Source: an uncultured Acidimicrobiales bacterium (GTDB lineage Bacteria > Actinomycetota > Acidimicrobiia > Acidimicrobiales > SHLQ01). From it: a stretch of DNA of 64,000 nt. Made by a program: the position numbers and the translations under genes. How positions within the stretch are numbered: the stretch's first letter is position 1; every line of letters begins with the position of its first letter. This document shows, piece by piece, positions 27,605 through 35,629 of the stretch. The stretch is from contig CALJDK010000041.1 of assembly GCA_938023735.1 (NCBI GenBank), positions 53 to 64,052 of the forward strand, in the 5' to 3' direction. The notes under the pieces were generated by a model that ran no database searches, was not told the origin of the DNA, and saw only the letters and a list, made by a program, of their open reading frames with translations.

Positions 27605-29014
27605 TTAGGAGAGGCGGCCGCGTAGGGCGCCGTACTCGACCGTGTGCCGGTAGGGAGCGAAGTCGGGGTCCGCATCGAGGGTAGCTCGGTCGTTCCAGCC
27701 TCGATCGATGGCCTCGCTGAGGCGGGTCATGGCTCGCTCGGAGTTCCCACTACGTGCCCAACCGCAGGCGGTGTTGTAGAACGCCTTGCCCGCAGGCTCG
27801 GCCACGGTGGCCAGATGAAGTTCACCAACCTGCACACCGGCATCGACAAAGTTGCGGGAGTGCAAGGTGTGCTGCACCGACCCGAGGATCGAGGGGGTCA
27901 GCCACGTTGCTGGTCCTGACCCGATTCGGGTGACCACGTCGTTGGCTCGACCGGCCCCGATGTAGCCCAGTGTAAGAATGTGAGCGGCGGCCGGGCTGGG
28001 TTCGCTGTGCATAGCGTCGTCGAGTTGTTCGATGGCCGACGGGTCGCCCTCGTGAAGGGCAACCAAGCCGTACAGCGCAGGATGCACCGCACCCGGCAAC
28101 TCGGTGAGTTGAGCCCGCGCTTGAGCCACATTTCCTCCGGTGGCCGAGCGTTCAACCACCAGCATCTTCGAGTACTTCTGCACGGTCGGGTCGCTGGATT
28201 CTCGGGCCAGAGATTCGAGCGTCAGCAGTGCCGAGTTGTCGCCGGTGTTCAACTGAGCGATGGCACTTTCAAGCGCATCGCGATCTTCGTCGCGTTTGGT
28301 GGAGCGGCTTGTTGTGGCCAGTAGCACTCCGACGTTCTGCGCAGCGAAGAGGGCAAAGAGGAAGGCGGCGATGCCCATGTTGTCGACCGATTTCCAGAAG
28401 AACCAGGTAAGCGCCACGCCAACCAGCACCGACATCAGAGCTGCGATTCGACGTCGCCGCAACTCGTCGCCTGGCATCAGGCTCTCCATGACATGCCCGC
28501 CGTCGAGAGGCAGCACCGGTGCCAGGTTGATGGCTCCCCAACCCAGGTTGATGAGGATCAGAAAGCGCCAGGCATTGTCTTCCAAACTGCCCGAGACCGG
28601 GTCGTCCACCACCTGGCGGGCCAGCAACACGATGAGACCCAACGCAAAACCGGCGAAGGGACCAGCCAGGCTGACGCCGATGGTTTGCAGTCGAGTTGGT
28701 GGTGACGGCGGCATGAAGTGAGTAACGCCGCCCATCACGTGGAGTCGAATGGTTGGGTGCGCTCCCAATGACCGGGCGGCAAAGGCATGGCCAAGTTCGT
28801 GCACCAGAACCGACGCCGCGATGACCACCAGGAACATCGCTATCCACAGCAGCGCCTCCCACCGAAGGCTCACCACCTGAAATCCGATGACCGCTCCGAT
28901 CAGAAAGAAGCTGAGGTCGATGTTTACCGGAAAACCGAACACCGAGAACTTGAGCCCGCGACCCGTGGCAACAACCGGGGGTCGAGGAGTCGGCGTTGGC
29001 GCGGTGGTTGTCAC
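27605..29014 (-). CDS. M50-family (site-2 protease-like) membrane metalloprotease with C-terminal helical-repeat domain
   Basis: HELGH zinc motif in a TM helix (LVHELGHAFAA), multiple TM helices and a second conserved LPLDGGH motif. The soluble C-terminal half of about 230 aa looks TPR-like. Confidence 0.8.
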   Translation of the reverse strand: MTTTAPTPTPRPPVVATGRGLKFSVFGFPVNIDLSFFLIGAVIGFQVVSLRWEALLWIAMFLVVIAASVLVHELGHAFAARSLGAHPTIRLHVMGGVTHFMPPSPPTRLQTIGVSLAGPFAGFALGLIVLLARQVVDDPVSGSLEDNAWRFLILINLGWGAINLAPVLPLDGGHVMESLMPGDELRRRRIAALMSVLVGVALTWFFWKSVDNMGIAAFLFALFAAQNVGVLLATTSRSTKRDEDRDALESAIAQLNTGDNSALLTLESLARESSDPTVQKYSKMLVVERSATGGNVAQARAQLTELPGAVHPALYGLVALHEGDPSAIEQLDDAMHSEPSPAAAHILTLGYIGAGRANDVVTRIGSGPATWLTPSILGSVQHTLHSRNFVDAGVQVGELHLATVAEPAGKAFYNTACGWARSGNSERAMTRLSEAIDRGWNDRATLDADPDFAPYRHTVEYGALRGRLS

Positions 29015-29047
29015 GATCTAGATGGTAGCGAGAGTCCGACCCAAAGG

Positions 29048-30247
29048 TCAGTCGACCTCGGTACCCAAGATGCTGACGAACCCGACCATTTCACCCGGAT
29101 ACCCGCCAAGGTTATGCACCAGGCCAAGCTTACGGTCGCGGCCCGAGAGATCGATCTGACGTTCAGGCTCGGCCTTGCCACGCAGCTGCTGCCACAACTC
29201 GTAGTGCATTCGAAGACCCGAGGCCCCCACTGGGTGACCAAAGGCTTTCAGGCCACCGTCGGGGTTTACGGGAAGTTCGCCATCGAGGTGGAAGGTTCCG
29301 TCGAGCACATCGCGCCAAGCCGTGCCGGGTTCGCTGAAGCCAAGGTCTTCCATCAGCAGCAACTCGGTTGGGGTAAAGCAGTCGTGTACTTCGGCAAGTG
29401 CAATCTCGGACCGCGGGTCGGTGACGCCGGCCTGGGCGTAGGCGTCGTCGGCGGCCATTTTGCATTCGGGCAGGCTGGTGAAGTCGTAGTCGGGGTCGGT
29501 GACGCCCGATCCGTTGCCCGAAACAAACGACAACGCCTTGATGTAGAGCGGGTCATCGCAGTACTTGTGCGCATCTTCGGCTCGAACCACGATCGCGGCA
29601 GCGGCGCCGTCGGCCACGCCGGCGCAATCAAAGACGCTCAGTTCGCCAGCAACTGCGGCCATGCCGCAGATCTTTTCCGCCGACACCTCGCGACGAAACT
29701 GCGACAGCGGGTTTCGTGCGCCGTTGTAGTGGTTCTTCTCGGCGATCTTGGCGAGCACCATTCGAAGCTCACCTTCATCAACTCCGTGCTTCTGTGCATA
29801 CGCTGGCAGAATGAGGCTGTACATACCAGCCGCAGTGAGACTTCTCTTGGTGCCATCGTGAGGAATGGGAAAGGCGTTGAGGCCTTGATAGCCGCCGTCC
29901 TTCACCTTCTCTGCCCCAATCGCCATCGCGACGTCGTAGGCACCGCTGGCCACGGCGTAGCTGGCTTGGCGAAGCGCTTCAGATCCGGTGGCGCAGTAGT
30001 TCTCGACCCTGGTCACCGGCTTGCCTTCGAGCTTGAGCGGAATCGACAACGACAGGCCTGACGCCGCAGACTGCGACGTACCGAACCAGAACGCATCGAT
30101 ATCGTCTTTGGCCACTCCTGCCGACTCGCAGGTGAGCACAGCCGCATCGATCAGCATGTCATCGAGGCTTGCCTCCCAGTGCTCGCGAAACGGGATGCAT
30201 CCCATTCCAATGACGGCAACCTGGTCTTTGATTCCGTGTGAACCCAT
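29048..30247 (-). CDS. SCP-x/archaeal-type thiolase (acetyl-CoA C-acyltransferase-like)
   Basis: Nucleophile region VENYCATGSEAL, His region FGHPVGASGL and C-terminal HNLGG. 399 aa. Confidence 0.88.
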   Translation of the reverse strand: MGSHGIKDQVAVIGMGCIPFREHWEASLDDMLIDAAVLTCESAGVAKDDIDAFWFGTSQSAASGLSLSIPLKLEGKPVTRVENYCATGSEALRQASYAVASGAYDVAMAIGAEKVKDGGYQGLNAFPIPHDGTKRSLTAAGMYSLILPAYAQKHGVDEGELRMVLAKIAEKNHYNGARNPLSQFRREVSAEKICGMAAVAGELSVFDCAGVADGAAAAIVVRAEDAHKYCDDPLYIKALSFVSGNGSGVTDPDYDFTSLPECKMAADDAYAQAGVTDPRSEIALAEVHDCFTPTELLLMEDLGFSEPGTAWRDVLDGTFHLDGELPVNPDGGLKAFGHPVGASGLRMHYELWQQLRGKAEPERQIDLSGRDRKLGLVHNLGGYPGEMVGFVSILGTEVD

Positions 30248-30265
30248 GGTGTGTTTGTATGCTCT

Positions 30266-30321
30266 CTGATCTGTGCTGTCTGATCTGTACTGTCTGATCT
30301 GTACTGTCTGATCTGTGCGTG
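30266..30321. repeat. 14-bp tandem repeat x4 (CTGATCTGTRCTGT) in intra-operon spacer
   Basis: Counted directly: 30266-30279, 30280-30293, 30294-30307 and 30308-30321. It lies between the HMGCS-like::DUF35 stop (30349) and the thiolase start (30247) on the minus strand. Confidence 0.9.
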
Positions 30322-30348
30322 CTCGGTGTGATCGGCGGGGCTTCCGAG

Positions 30349-31743
30349 TTATCGGAGCGGCCGGGCTTTCCAGAAGTAGTTACTGATTCCATCGCCCGCA
30401 TAGAGCCGACGAAACGTCATCTCGACCCGGTCGCCAACGGCAACCTGGTCGGCGTCGACGTCGGCAATCTCGATGGGGAGTCTTCCGCCACCATCGAAGT
30501 CGACGACGCCAAACACCACCGGCGGGCTGGGCGAGTACACCAACTTGTCGATGGTGAACGTGGCCACGGTTCCGACGGCATCGGCCATAGGGATGTGGTC
30601 CATCTGATCGACGGCGCCATCGGCCGAGACCCGTGACGGCGGCATGTACATTCGCTGCGACTCCTGGTCGCGCGAGGCCACGAGACCATATTTCCAGTCG
30701 GCGTTTCGGTAGGCAGCCGATGAGCTTGGCCGGTCGGGCTCGGGGCGTCGGGGTGGTTCGATGGGCAACATGTCGCGCCACGACAAGAACTTCGCGTACC
30801 CGACGGACCCGCCAGCTTCGATCTGCGATGCGATGGTGCGAGCCGCTTGGTACTGGGCGATCGCATCGGTGACCCGAAACAGCGACACCTGCACACCATC
30901 GGCATAGGTAATGAGCGCCACCACATCGCCCGGGCTTGACGACTCGAGCATCGAACAGAGAAGTAATCCGGGGTGCGCGGCGCCGGTGTTGCCAACCGAG
31001 CCGGAAAGGTCGTCGGCCAGGTTATCGATACCCAGCTTGGCGCCGGTACGGGCAACGGCTCTGGCATGGAGACCCGTGAGTGCGGCGGTGGTGATATCGC
31101 CCACGGTCAGATCGGTAGCTTCGAGAGCGTCGGCCCACGCCTGCACCGAAAGCTCGCCGTACACAATCTCGCCGAAGCGCTCTTCCCAGAGCTTGCTTTG
31201 TGCAGAGCCCGGCTCACGCCAGCGATCGACGAACTCGCCAGTGGCAACGGCGCCGCCGAGATACTCGGCAATGATGGGCGACCCGGCATCATCGTCGCCG
31301 ATAAGGATGGCCGACGCGCCATCGCCGCCCGCTGCTTCATCGGCGCTCGACGGAAGCCCGATGCGAATATCGGACCCCACTACCAGATGGGTTCCCGTCG
31401 ACCGCAGCGCCAACTCGAGGGCTCCGACAGCCGAGCGTTGCGAGCCGAGGGCATCGAAGGCCGCCGTGGTGCGGTGAAGCCGAAGCGCCGCATGCAACAC
31501 GGTGGCGTTGGTGCGATCGAAATATGCCGGCGACACCGAGGCAAAGGAAACCATCGACGGCATGGCATCAACGTTGGCGAGAGCTAGTCGAGCCGCCTCG
31601 ACACCCATGGATGTGGTGTCCTCGTCGAAGGACGCAACCGTTCGGGTTCCGCGACCGCCGCCTTGGCCGAGCACCGCGGTGATCTCGGACCGGTCAAGGC
31701 GACGAAAGGGTAGATAGCCGCCAAGAGAAATGATGCCTCGCAT
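30349..31743 (-). CDS. HMG-CoA synthase/KAS-III-like domain fused to DUF35-type OB-fold domain, nucleophile Cys absent
   Basis: The N-terminus MRGIISLGGYLP...SFDEDTTSMGVEAA and VGNTGAA resemble HMGCS. The C-terminal 120 aa (GTVATFTIDKL......FGVVDFDGGGRL...I..VD...V.VGDRVEMTFR) resemble the DUF35 OB fold. The whole protein has only one Cys (LLLCSML). Confidence 0.75.
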   Translation of the reverse strand: MRGIISLGGYLPFRRLDRSEITAVLGQGGGRGTRTVASFDEDTTSMGVEAARLALANVDAMPSMVSFASVSPAYFDRTNATVLHAALRLHRTTAAFDALGSQRSAVGALELALRSTGTHLVVGSDIRIGLPSSADEAAGGDGASAILIGDDDAGSPIIAEYLGGAVATGEFVDRWREPGSAQSKLWEERFGEIVYGELSVQAWADALEATDLTVGDITTAALTGLHARAVARTGAKLGIDNLADDLSGSVGNTGAAHPGLLLCSMLESSSPGDVVALITYADGVQVSLFRVTDAIAQYQAARTIASQIEAGGSVGYAKFLSWRDMLPIEPPRRPEPDRPSSSAAYRNADWKYGLVASRDQESQRMYMPPSRVSADGAVDQMDHIPMADAVGTVATFTIDKLVYSPSPPVVFGVVDFDGGGRLPIEIADVDADQVAVGDRVEMTFRRLYAGDGISNYFWKARPLR

Positions 31744-31773
31744 AAGCGATGAGCATAGTTTCCCGGCCTTGGT

Positions 31774-33360
31774 TTACTGCAGTCTTGGATCGGTGCAGTT
31801 GTCGGTACCGCCGGTGCCAGTGGAGCCACCATCGACAAAGTCGGGCAGGAATCCACTGCCGCTGTCGTCGGTGGTGAGAAAGCGTTCGATGGCATCAACG
31901 ATGGCCACGGCTTCGGTGTCGCGCACATCATCGCGGGCAAATAGCAGGGCTTCGGCCCGGTTGCTGAGATAGCCGGCCTCGGTGATTACCGATGGAATCG
32001 TTGGGGTGTAGCGGTGGATCCCGTAGAGGTCTTCACCGTTCTCTTTCAAGCGTGAGCTCACCCCGTTGCGGACGGTTCCGACCCAGGTGATGTCGTACTG
32101 ATCGAGTGCCGCCGTGAGCTCTTCGAAGAAGATTCCTCCGGCGCGTTGGGACTCGACGCTTCCGGTTTGCACGAAGATCTCGGTGCCCGGCGTACCTTGA
32201 GGCCGCACCGCTCCGCCGTTGTGGTGAATCGACACGAAGAGATCTGGCTTGAGGGCGTTGGCGATTTCGGCTCGGGTCCGTAACGGGATTCGATGATCGG
32301 TGGTTCGAGTGAGCACCGAACTGATGCCTCGAGCCTCGAGGATGGCTTTCACCCGAGTTGCGATCGAAAGGTTCAGCGTCTTCTCAAAGAGGTTGTTGTG
32401 GCCCACAGCACCCGATTCGGCGCCACCATGTCCGGGGTCGATGACTACCTGCGTCCCGGCGACGAAGGTGCCCTTGGTGATGCGAGCGGTGCGGACGCAT
32501 GGGGTCCACACGGTCCAGCCGTCGTTATGGGTTTCAAGGACCGGGGTAACGATGCCGGTCGGCGTGATGACCACGCCGGGCCCACCACGAGAGACATCGC
32601 CCCGAACCACTGCTGTTCCGCAGCCCAGCTTGCGGTTGAGACCTTCACCGTTGTTGACCGCGTGGGCACAGACTTCATGAGTTCCGGGTCGTAGTGTGAC
32701 CGTGGTGGAGAAGCCATGGCGCTTCCCCATGTCGTAGCGGCGGCCGATGTCGGCGCGTTTACGGCCGGCCCGAGTGGTCTTGGTGTACTCGCCGTCAACA
32801 TAGATGTCGACATTGATGGGTCGCTTGGTATCGGGATCGATGGCGAAGCCAACCAGAGTGGCCTTGGCTCCATCGCTGGTGATCTTGTCGACCCCCCCAA
32901 ACGGGCGGGCGGCCTGCACCTTTGTCTTGGCGTTCACCTTTACCTGGGCGCAATCGATGTTTCGGGTAACACCGGTGGGTCCGGCGTTGATGCCATCGAC
33001 ACACACCTCGTGGGTGCCAGCCGATGCCTTCACCCGAACGACATACCCAAAGTTGTTGCCCTTTTGATGAATAGCGTTGGCGTCGGCCCGGTTGCCGTTT
33101 GCGAGCTTGGTACGCACGCGCTTGCCGTCGACGGTGACCCGCACCTTGATGGGGCGCGTGGAGTCGCCGTCGACCGCCCACCCGCGAACCGTGATGGAGT
33201 TCGGCCCACCGGCCGCGCTGTCGAGAACGCCCCAGGGCGAAAAGACCTCGGCTTGGGCAGACACGCTGCTTGGCGTGAGGAGCGCGGCCAAAAGAGCGCT
33301 GACGATAACCACAGCTATCGCTGCGACTGCGGAAGTTCTGAACGGAGGAACGATCTTCAC
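31774..33360 (-). CDS. secreted N-acetylmuramoyl-L-alanine amidase (Amidase_3) with two N-terminal paralogous domains
   Basis: Signal peptide and two repeats of about 110 aa (GWA.D.D...PI.V...VDG...GTHEVC). The C-terminus VIDPGHGGAESGA...LFVSIHHNGG...TEAGYLSN is typical of Amidase_3. GTG start. Confidence 0.85.
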   Translation of the reverse strand: MKIVPPFRTSAVAAIAVVIVSALLAALLTPSSVSAQAEVFSPWGVLDSAAGGPNSITVRGWAVDGDSTRPIKVRVTVDGKRVRTKLANGNRADANAIHQKGNNFGYVVRVKASAGTHEVCVDGINAGPTGVTRNIDCAQVKVNAKTKVQAARPFGGVDKITSDGAKATLVGFAIDPDTKRPINVDIYVDGEYTKTTRAGRKRADIGRRYDMGKRHGFSTTVTLRPGTHEVCAHAVNNGEGLNRKLGCGTAVVRGDVSRGGPGVVITPTGIVTPVLETHNDGWTVWTPCVRTARITKGTFVAGTQVVIDPGHGGAESGAVGHNNLFEKTLNLSIATRVKAILEARGISSVLTRTTDHRIPLRTRAEIANALKPDLFVSIHHNGGAVRPQGTPGTEIFVQTGSVESQRAGGIFFEELTAALDQYDITWVGTVRNGVSSRLKENGEDLYGIHRYTPTIPSVITEAGYLSNRAEALLFARDDVRDTEAVAIVDAIERFLTTDDSGSGFLPDFVDGGSTGTGGTDNCTDPRLQ

Positions 33361-33754
33361 AAGAGCACCTGAGGGGAAAAAGCAGTACCGAAAGTATTAG
33401 CCATCGCGCCGGTTCTCAGAAACACCGGTGGAAACACCGAGGAAAGACTGGCGGATCAGCGCAGGCTATCGGCGATCAGCGAAAGTTCCCGCAATACTCG
33501 CCCGCTTCTTTCTTCCAACCTGTTTCTCCGGTTTCTCATCCTTTCTCGCGCTTCTCCGTCCTTCCCAAATCTGCACTATTGGACGCGGCTACCAGCAATG
33601 AGACTAAGGTCACACTTGTCAAGCATTACCCGCCGACCGGTTTTGAGAATTGTCACTCTCAGTGGCTTTTTGCGGACGAAAAACCGGTGAGCGTTAATCT
33701 TCGGCAAAACCTGTCAGGTTCTCGCGACCTTTCGCCTGAACCGCCGTCATATTT

Positions 33755-35593
33755 GTGACTGACGCAACACTTCGGTTCCCCCACACACATCCTCCGATTG
33801 CCCACTGGGGAACCTTCCGAGAAGGGACCACCCATACCGTGGCCGATAAGAATCCAGCCGATGAGGCCGCCGATAAGGCGAAGAACAGCGCTACAGACGG
33901 CGCAAAGAACGCGGCGAATGCCGCTCGTGAGAAAGCTGGCGGCGCGACCGGCAAGGCAGCCGGCGCAGCCGGGGCCGTTGGTGGCGCTGCAGCCGGACTT
34001 GGTGGCAAAGCCACCCGAACCATGAAGGGCGTTTCTGGGATGTCCGCGACGGGCAATTCCGGTCGAGGCGACGGCCGCGGCCGATGGCTTCGTCGAAACA
34101 AGGCTGGAAAGCCTTGGAAGCGCCCAACCGCAATGCTCGGGCTTCTTCCGCTTCTTGGCCTCATTGCCTTCACGCTTCCGTGGGCCGTCGATCACATCGA
34201 GGACGATCTCGAGGACGCCACCATCGTGCAGATGCGCGATGAGTACGGCATCAACCTCACCAAGGATCAGATCGACTTCGACGGACGCGACGGTGAGATC
34301 ACCAACTTCACATTGCCTGAAGGTGTCACCAACGAGGAGATCGAAGAATTCCTCGAGGACCGAATCGAACGCGATGGCGGAGCAATTCGAGAGGGCGACA
34401 CCTCGCAGATGACCGTTCTCGGCACCGAAGCGGCTCCCGCACCCACGGGCAGCCACGACGTGCGAGTCACCGCAACGGGCGACCAGATCACCCTCACGGG
34501 TGATGTGCTCAACCAGGCCGAGTACGACGAACTGCAAGCTGCGGCCGTCGACGCGGTCGGCGAAGCCAACGTCACCAACAACCTCAACATCCTCGATGTC
34601 GAGGCCAGCAAATCGGGCTCGGCAGCCCGGGTAGCCGGACTCGCTGGGGCGGTAGCGCTTATGACTGGCGACAACATCGTGAGCGGCGACGCCCACCTCA
34701 CCGATGATGCGCTCGACGTCAACGCAATAGCCGTCAACGAAGATGCCAAAGCGGCACTCGAGGGCGCGGTTGGCGGAGTCGAGGGAGTCGACATCAGCGA
34801 CAACGTAACGGTTGCGGCTCCTGACTCTGGTCCACTCGATGTTCAGGTCAGCACCGACGGAGCCAGCATCACGTTGGACGGCACCGTGCTCAACGAGACC
34901 CAACACGACGCGCTGGTAAGCGCCGCCGAGGCCGAGGTTGGCGAAGCCAACGTCATCAACAACCTCACCATCTCCAACCTTGCCGAGATGGCTCCCAACG
35001 CCGACGGAAAGGTTGCCGATATGGCTGCCCTGTTCGACGGATTCGACGGCCTGGTGGAAGGATCCGGCTCAGTTACCGACGGCGCACTTACCTTCACCGG
35101 AGTCGCCAGCGATGAAGCCAGCAAAGCAGCCATCGACGGCTTGGTAGGTACCGCCAACGACACCAACAACGTCGATGTCACCGTCGCCGAGGTGACGGTC
35201 GAGGACGAGGTCGGGCTGCTACAAGCCGAGCTCGATGCCCTCCAGGCCGAGATTCTCGAGAACGTTGTCTTCGATGTCAACAGCGATGTCATTACGCCAA
35301 CCGCTGCGGGCACCCTCGACAAAGTCGTGGCTGCCATGACCAGGTACCAGCGACCAGCGGTACTTGTCGGCGGACACACCGACTCCGATGGCGACGATGC
35401 CTTCAACCTCGATCTCTCCGATCGCCGGGCAAAGTCGGTTAGCCAGTACATCGCCGATCAAGGAATCGACATCAATCGTCTGAGGGGCCAGGGCTTCGGT
35501 GAAACCGAACCGGTTGCCGCCAACGACACGCCAGAAAACAAGCAACAAAACCGACGGGTCGAATTCACCGCACTCGCCGAATTCACCAACTAA
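33755..35593 (+). CDS. ArfA-like envelope protein: TM anchor, BON-like repeats, C-terminal OmpA/MotB peptidoglycan-binding domain
   Basis: The C-terminus FDVNSDVITP....LDKVV......PAVLVGGHTDSDGDDAFNLDLSDRRAKSV..Y....GID..RL...GFGE..PVA.N......NRRVEF is a classic OmpA_C. Several segments of the form TGDVLN..E.D.L..AA....GEANV.NNL are BON-like. The start is uncertain because there are several in-frame Met/Val codons. Confidence 0.75.
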   Translation: MTDATLRFPHTHPPIAHWGTFREGTTHTVADKNPADEAADKAKNSATDGAKNAANAAREKAGGATGKAAGAAGAVGGAAAGLGGKATRTMKGVSGMSATGNSGRGDGRGRWLRRNKAGKPWKRPTAMLGLLPLLGLIAFTLPWAVDHIEDDLEDATIVQMRDEYGINLTKDQIDFDGRDGEITNFTLPEGVTNEEIEEFLEDRIERDGGAIREGDTSQMTVLGTEAAPAPTGSHDVRVTATGDQITLTGDVLNQAEYDELQAAAVDAVGEANVTNNLNILDVEASKSGSAARVAGLAGAVALMTGDNIVSGDAHLTDDALDVNAIAVNEDAKAALEGAVGGVEGVDISDNVTVAAPDSGPLDVQVSTDGASITLDGTVLNETQHDALVSAAEAEVGEANVINNLTISNLAEMAPNADGKVADMAALFDGFDGLVEGSGSVTDGALTFTGVASDEASKAAIDGLVGTANDTNNVDVTVAEVTVEDEVGLLQAELDALQAEILENVVFDVNSDVITPTAAGTLDKVVAAMTRYQRPAVLVGGHTDSDGDDAFNLDLSDRRAKSVSQYIADQGIDINRLRGQGFGETEPVAANDTPENKQQNRRVEFTALAEFTN

Positions 35594-35629
35594 TCGACCC
35601 GATACTTCGCACGAAGGGAAACACACATA

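Noticed and set aside
28787-30061. 424-aa plus-strand ORF
   Set aside because: It is antisense to the thiolase and M50 protease genes, both of which have catalytic motifs.
33361-33754. Possible riboswitch (for example ydaO/c-di-AMP type) in the long leader upstream of the amidase
   Set aside because: I read the minus-strand leader and did not find the conserved ACGGGG.ACCCA or CCCGAA elements. It contains only short GATCAGCG direct repeats. A covariance-model scan (Rfam/Infernal) would be needed to settle this.
33659-34906. 415-aa minus-strand ORF
   Set aside because: It is antisense to the BON-OmpA gene and has no domain signature. I treat it as a shadow ORF.
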